A stretch of 64,000 nt of DNA from Cyanophora paradoxa CCMP329 (lineage: Eukaryota; Plantae; Glaucophyta), in the NCBI GenBank assembly GCA_004431415.1, contig QPMI01000225.1, positions 72,151 to 136,150 of the forward strand, written 5' to 3'. This document shows, in pieces, positions 58,969 through 64,000 of this stretch. Positions within the stretch are counted from its first letter, which is position 1. The number at the start of each line of letters is the position of its first letter. The notes beneath the pieces were generated by a model. It saw only the letters and a list, made by a program, of their open reading frames with translations. It made no database searches and was not told where the DNA came from. The position numbers and the translations under genes were made by a program.

Positions 58969-61474
58969 ATGATGGCCGCAAAGGCCCTGCTGAACTGCAT
59001 ATGCGACGACTTCGCCGACTTGGCCGCGGCGCTCGGGGCGCCGCTCGACCCCTCCGCCGTCCGCGAGGCTGTTGGCGACGGCGCGGAGCTCCGATCGCTG
59101 TCCCTCGCCGTCTCGCTGATGGTGCGTCGCTGAAGGCTCTTTGTTCCTCGCGTCGTCCGTGACGCGAGGCCGCGCAGAGCGGGAAGGTCGATGAACGGGA
59201 GCTGGAGGAGGCCCGCCTGAGCGTCCGGCGCCTGGAGGACGAGCTGCGCGGCCTCGCGGGCGAGAAGGAAGAGCTCTGGCTCCGCTACCAGGAGCTCAGC
59301 TCCGTGCGGCCCCGCGGCCCGGCGCGCGCCCGCCGACACGTGTCCCTTGACGTCCCGCGCAGAAGAAGAAGGGGCTGGAGGTTGCCACGGACTCGGACCG
59401 GGTTTCGCTCGCGGAGCGCGTGGCAGAACTCGAGCGCGAGCTCGCAGGCTCGAAGCGCGAGGCCCGCCGCGCCCCTCGCGCCCCCGCGCCCCTCGCGCCC
59501 CCGCGCCCCACACCCGGCGCCCTGCAAACTTGCCGCGCAGGTGGACGAGCTGCAGGAGATGGTGCAGATCCTGGAGGAGAAGAGCGAGAGCCTCGCTGCG
59601 GAGTGCGCGGCGCTCAAGGCCGGCGGCGGGGGCGGCCCCGCGGCGCCGGCGGGCGATGGCGGGGCGGAGGCGGCGGACTCGCTCGCGGCGCGCGTGGCGG
59701 AGCTGGAAGCGGAGCTCGCGGAGGCTGCCGCCAAGCTCGCCGAGCAGGTCCACCGGCGGCCTTTCCCGCCCCCACTCGCACGGGGGCGCGCTCGAGCGAC
59801 GGCGCAGGACGCGCGCGCGGCCGCCCTGCAGGAGCACGCGGCGAAGCGCGGAGAGGCGGAGGAGTCCGGCGTGAAGGAGGAGGCGGGCGGGGAGGAGGAG
59901 GAGGAAGGGGAGAAGGAGGGGGGCAGGGAGGGCGGAGAGGGCGCGGAGGAGGGCTACCAGAAGTGGCTGCGCGTCTCCATGCGCGAGTACGACGAGGCGA
60001 TCCGCCTTCGCGGCGAGGTCGAGGTGCGCTGCCTTCGGTCTCTTCGAGGCTCGAAGCTTATTTAACCTGAGAGAACCGAAGCGAATTCGATCTAGAAGGA
60101 ATTTTAGCCGACTGGGGTGCGGGGCAGGGGCGGGCGGAGGTGCTGCGGCGTGAGAAGGAGCGTCTGGCGGAGGAGAACGGGCGGCTGCTGGGGGAGGTGC
60201 AGGAGCTGCGGGAGACGCTCCTCGCCGTCGAGGAGGCCGCCGCCGCCGGCGCCTACGCCGCCCCCGCCCCCGACGCCCCCGAGGAGGAGGCGGGAGCCAG
60301 CGCGGAGGAGGCTCCGCCCGCCTCCAGAGCGGCCCCGTGGTCGGCCGCGAAGCCGCCGCGACCGCCGGGGCCGGGGCCGTCGCCCGGGACGCCGGGGCGG
60401 GGCCGGGCCGCGGGGCGGGGCGGGGCCGGAGGGGGCCCGCAGCTGCTGAGGACCCCCTCCGCCTCCCTCCTCTCCCCCGTCCGCCAGGCGCGCCCCTCCC
60501 CCGCCCCTGCCCCCTTCCCTCCGCGCCTGACCACCTGCGCCGCGCTGCAGTTCCGGCTCTCGCCGGCGCGATCGAACAGCGCGCTCGACGCCGTCGCGAG
60601 CTCGCTCGACCAGGCCCGCCGACCCCGCCGCCCCTCCCCCCCGCCCGCCCCGGGCCGAGGCGCGGGGCGGGGGTGCAGGTGCGGCTGGCGATCGACGCGC
60701 GCGTGGCGGAGCTCTCGCAGTGCCAGGCCACCCTCAAGGTCCTCTACGGCCCGCCCCCCCGCACTCACCAACGTCCACGTTGCGAAGGCGGAGCGGGGCG
60801 GGCATGCAGGTCGCGCTGGCGGTGAACGAGGAGTTCCTGGACGGCTTCCGCGCCCGCGCCCGGGCCGCCGTCAAGGCCGCCCAGACCTGCCGCCCCGCCG
60901 ACCGCCCCGCCAAGCAGAAGGAGGCCCGCCCCCCCGCCCCCCCGCCCCGCCGCCGCTGCCGCCCGCCTTACGCGGGGCGCGGGGCGGCAGCTGCTGGAGA
61001 CGGAGCACCAGATGAGCGAGCTCCTCGACCTCAACCGCGAGCTCCGCAACAAGGTCCGCCGCCCGGCGAGCAGGGCGGAGGGGGGAGGAGCCCTGGGCCC
61101 TCGCCCCGGCGGGCGCTCGCCCACGCCCCTCGGTCTCGGGCAGGCGGAGGGATCGCGGGGACGGCGGCGGGCCTCGTGGACGCCGCGGACGCCCTCTCCC
61201 GCGCCGCCGCTGCCTCCTCCGACCAGTCCCGCAACGTCGCCGGCCCGCCCCGCCCCCGGCCCCGCCCGCCCGCCCGCCCCGCTGAGGGCGGCGGGGGCAG
61301 AGATGCGGGCCGCGTACGAGCGGACGACGGGGAGCTCGAGCGCGCCCGCAGCGCCGTCGCCCGCCTCCGCGCCCAGGCCCGCGAGCCCTCTGCCCGCGCA
61401 GGAGGCGCCGAGTCTGACGCCCGCGGCCGGCCGTTCAGGTGCGGGCCGCGACGAGGAGCTCTCGAAGGCCCGCA

Positions 61475-61506
<32 letters not shown>

Positions 61507-64000
61507 CCGGCGCCCTCGGCGCCCGCGCGACGACCGCGACCAAGCTCGACGAGGAGGAGGGGAGGAGGAGGGGAGGAGGGCGGGACGGAGGCGGCGGAGG
61601 CGGAGGCGGCGGCGGGGATCGCGGCGCTGCGGGAGCGGGCGGCGCGCGCCGACGAGGCCCTCGCCCGCGCTGACGCCCTCGCCTCCGAGGCGCGCCCCCG
61701 CCCTCCCCCGCTCGCCCCGCCCCGCTGAGGCCTCGGCGGGGCAGGTGGAGGGGATGCGGGGCGGGTGGCGGAGGGGCAGCGCGCCCTCGCCGAGCGCACC
61801 CGCGACGCCGAGGCCGCCCGCGAGGCCCGTCCCTCCCCGCCCCGCCCCGCCCCGCCCGCCCCGGCGCCTCGCTTCTCACAGCGCGGCGCAGGAGATCGCG
61901 GCGCGCGCCGGGGACGTGCGCGCCGCCGCCGCCCGCCTCGCCTCGGCCGCCTCGGAAGTGCGCGCGCCGGCCTCGCCCGCCCCGCCCGCCCCGCCCGGGC
62001 CGACCTCGCGGCTCCGCGGAGCAGGTGGCGCGGGCGAACGCGCTGGTGGCAGAGCTCGGGGCGGCCGTCGGGACGCTCTCGGAGGCGCTGGCGGAGGTCC
62101 GGGGCGAGCTCGAGGAGGCCCGCGGGGCCCTCGCCGCCGGCGCCGAGGCCGCCGAGGCCGCCGCCGGCGAGCGGGCGCGCCTGCAGCGCACCCTGCGCGC
62201 CCTCGCCGCCGCCGAGGCCGAGCGCGCCGCTCTCCAGGCCCAGGTCGCCGTGCGCCGTACCCCCCCCCAACTTCTCCCCCTCCCTTGCGATCCGGCCCCG
62301 CGCAGGCGCTGGAGGAGGCGGTGGAGGCGGACGCGGCGGACGCGGCGGCGCGCGGGGGCTCGACGAGGCCGCCGGCTCGGAGCCGGAGGCGGGGGCACGC
62401 CCCGGGCCCGGTCCGCGGCGGGGACGCCGAGCCCCGGGCCGCGGGGGACCGCCGCGCCGGCGACACCGCCCGGGGCCGACGCGGCGAGGGAGGAGGGGCG
62501 GGGGCGTGGCGCGCCCTCGCGGCGTCGGAAGCGGCGCTGGCGGCGGCGCGGGCGCTCGCCGGGGAGCGCGGCCTCACCGCCGCGCAGCTGCAGGCGCGCG
62601 CCTTCGACCTCGAGGCGCGCCTCACCGCCGCCGAGGCCCGCCCGCGCGAGGCCCGCCGCCGGCGAGGGAGGAGGGGCGGGGGCGTGGGGCGCCCTCGCGG
62701 CGTCAGAGGCGGCGCTGGCGGCGGCGCTGGCTCTCTCCTGCGAGCGCGGCCTCGCCGCCGCGCAGCTGCAGGCGCGCGCCGCCGACCTCGAGGCGCGCCT
62801 CGCCGCCGCCGAGGCCCGCCCGCGCGAGGCCCCGCCGCCGGCAGAGGCGGAGGTCGAAGACGAGGTGGCAGGGGAGGCTGAAGAGCTCCGCGGGGAGCTG
62901 GCGGCGGCGCGGGCGCGGGCCGAGGCGCTGGAGGCGCGGCTGGGCGAGGCCCGCGCCGCCGCCGCCGAGGCCGAGGCGCGCCCCGCCGCTCGCGCGAGCT
63001 CCCGGTCGCGGCGCGGGTCTCTGAGGCGGGGGCAGGAGCGGTTGGCGGAGGCGGAGGGGCGGGCGGGGGAGCTCGAGGGGGCGGCCGCCCGCGCCGAGGA
63101 GCTCGGCTATCGCGTCGGCGAGCTCGAGGCGCGCGCCCGCCCCTCCCGCCCTCCCTGCCCCGCCCCGCCCCGCCTGAGGCCCCGGGGCGCGCGCAGGACC
63201 GGGTGCTCGAGCTGGAGGGGCGGGGCGGAGGCCGAGGGCCTGCGGGCCCGCCTCGCGGACCTCGAGGTCCGCCCCGCGCCCCACACCCTCGCGGGCCCCG
63301 CAGCCGGAGCTCAAGGCGCTCCCGCGCAGGCCGAGCTGCACGCCGCGTCGGAGCGACAGGCGGCGGCGGCGGAGGCCGAGCGGCGCACCGCGGAGGCGGA
63401 GGGCGCGCTGGGGTCCCTCCGGGCGCGCACCGCCGAGCTCGAGGCGAGCACCGAAGCTGGACGAAGCTCCTCGGCGCCAGCGGCGCTGAGCGGGCGGGCG
63501 GGGGGCGCAGGAGCAGCTGGCGGACGCGGAGGCGCGGGCCGAGGCGCTCGGGGCGGAGCTGCGCGAGGCGCGGGCGGCCGCCGCAGCCGCCGCCGAGGCG
63601 GAGGCCGAGGAGGAGATCCGCGAGGAGCGGGCGGAGGGCGAAATCGAGCAGCTGCGCGCCGAGCTGGAAGAGGCGCGCCGCCCCGCACCTCGCCGCGGCG
63701 CCGCCTTCACTGAGAGCCCCCGCCGCAGTCCGAGCGGCGCCTCGAGGTGCTGGAGAGCGCGCTGGCGGAGGCGCGTCCGCCCTCGCCCCGGGAGCCTCGG
63801 GCGGCTCTGAGAGTGCTGCGCCCCGCGGCAGGCGCAGGGGAAGGCGGAGGAGGCGGGGTCGGGGCCGGGGGCGCGCGCGGCGGCGCTCGAGATCGAGGGG
63901 GAGGGCCTGCGGGAGGAGCTGAGGGCCGTCGCGGCGCGGGCGGCGGCCGTCGAGGAGGAGCACCTCCGCGAGGCGCGCCGATCGCAGCGCCCCGCGCCTC
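58969..64000 (+). CDS. Very long coiled-coil protein, runs off the right edge
   Basis: Many E/A/L/R heptad exons (VDELQEMVQILEEKSESLAAECAALK; ARVAELEAEL) separated by typical introns. Confidence 0.75.

Noticed and set aside
1-64000. Hundreds of long Arg/Pro/Gly/Ala-rich ORFs in the six-frame track
   Set aside because: These are expected from very high GC (few stop codons). They overlap real spliced genes antisense or out of frame and show no domain motifs.

Overview
GC-rich, intron-dense nuclear DNA from a unicellular eukaryote (alga or protist; the species cannot be determined from sequence alone). Genes are broken by many 40-100 nt introns, so the supplied ORF track is mostly fragments or antisense noise, and I spliced gene models by eye. 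In order, the window holds: an ankyrin-repeat gene (cut by the left edge), a DUF1295/steroid-5-alpha-reductase-like gene, an APH/choline-kinase-like gene, an OLE1-type delta-9 desaturase, a patatin, a front-end (delta-5-like) desaturase, aspartyl aminopeptidase, a SAM-domain TKL kinase, a coiled-coil gene, a low-GC putative membrane/RING locus, F-box/LRR relics, a complete Gag-only LTR retroelement (31953-37040, AGGT target-site duplication), a KCTD-type BTB gene, a PRRC2/BAT2-like gene, a C14 caspase-like peptidase, an IPT/TIG plus GT23 fucosyltransferase-like gene, an LRR-RING pseudogene, tRNA-Lys, two tRNA-Ala genes, and a long coiled-coil gene cut by the right edge. Four signals stand out. 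(1) The LTRs open with a tandem tRNA-like cassette carrying two B boxes and a T4 run. (2) One kinase intron is built from a perfect 36-bp inverted copy of its upstream exon plus an 11-nt direct repeat, which looks like a newly created intron. (3) Unconstrained DNA is saturated with short palindromes, and the LTR pair and a pseudogene contain inverted micro-duplications that may reflect the responsible process. (4) GC-AG introns are frequent.
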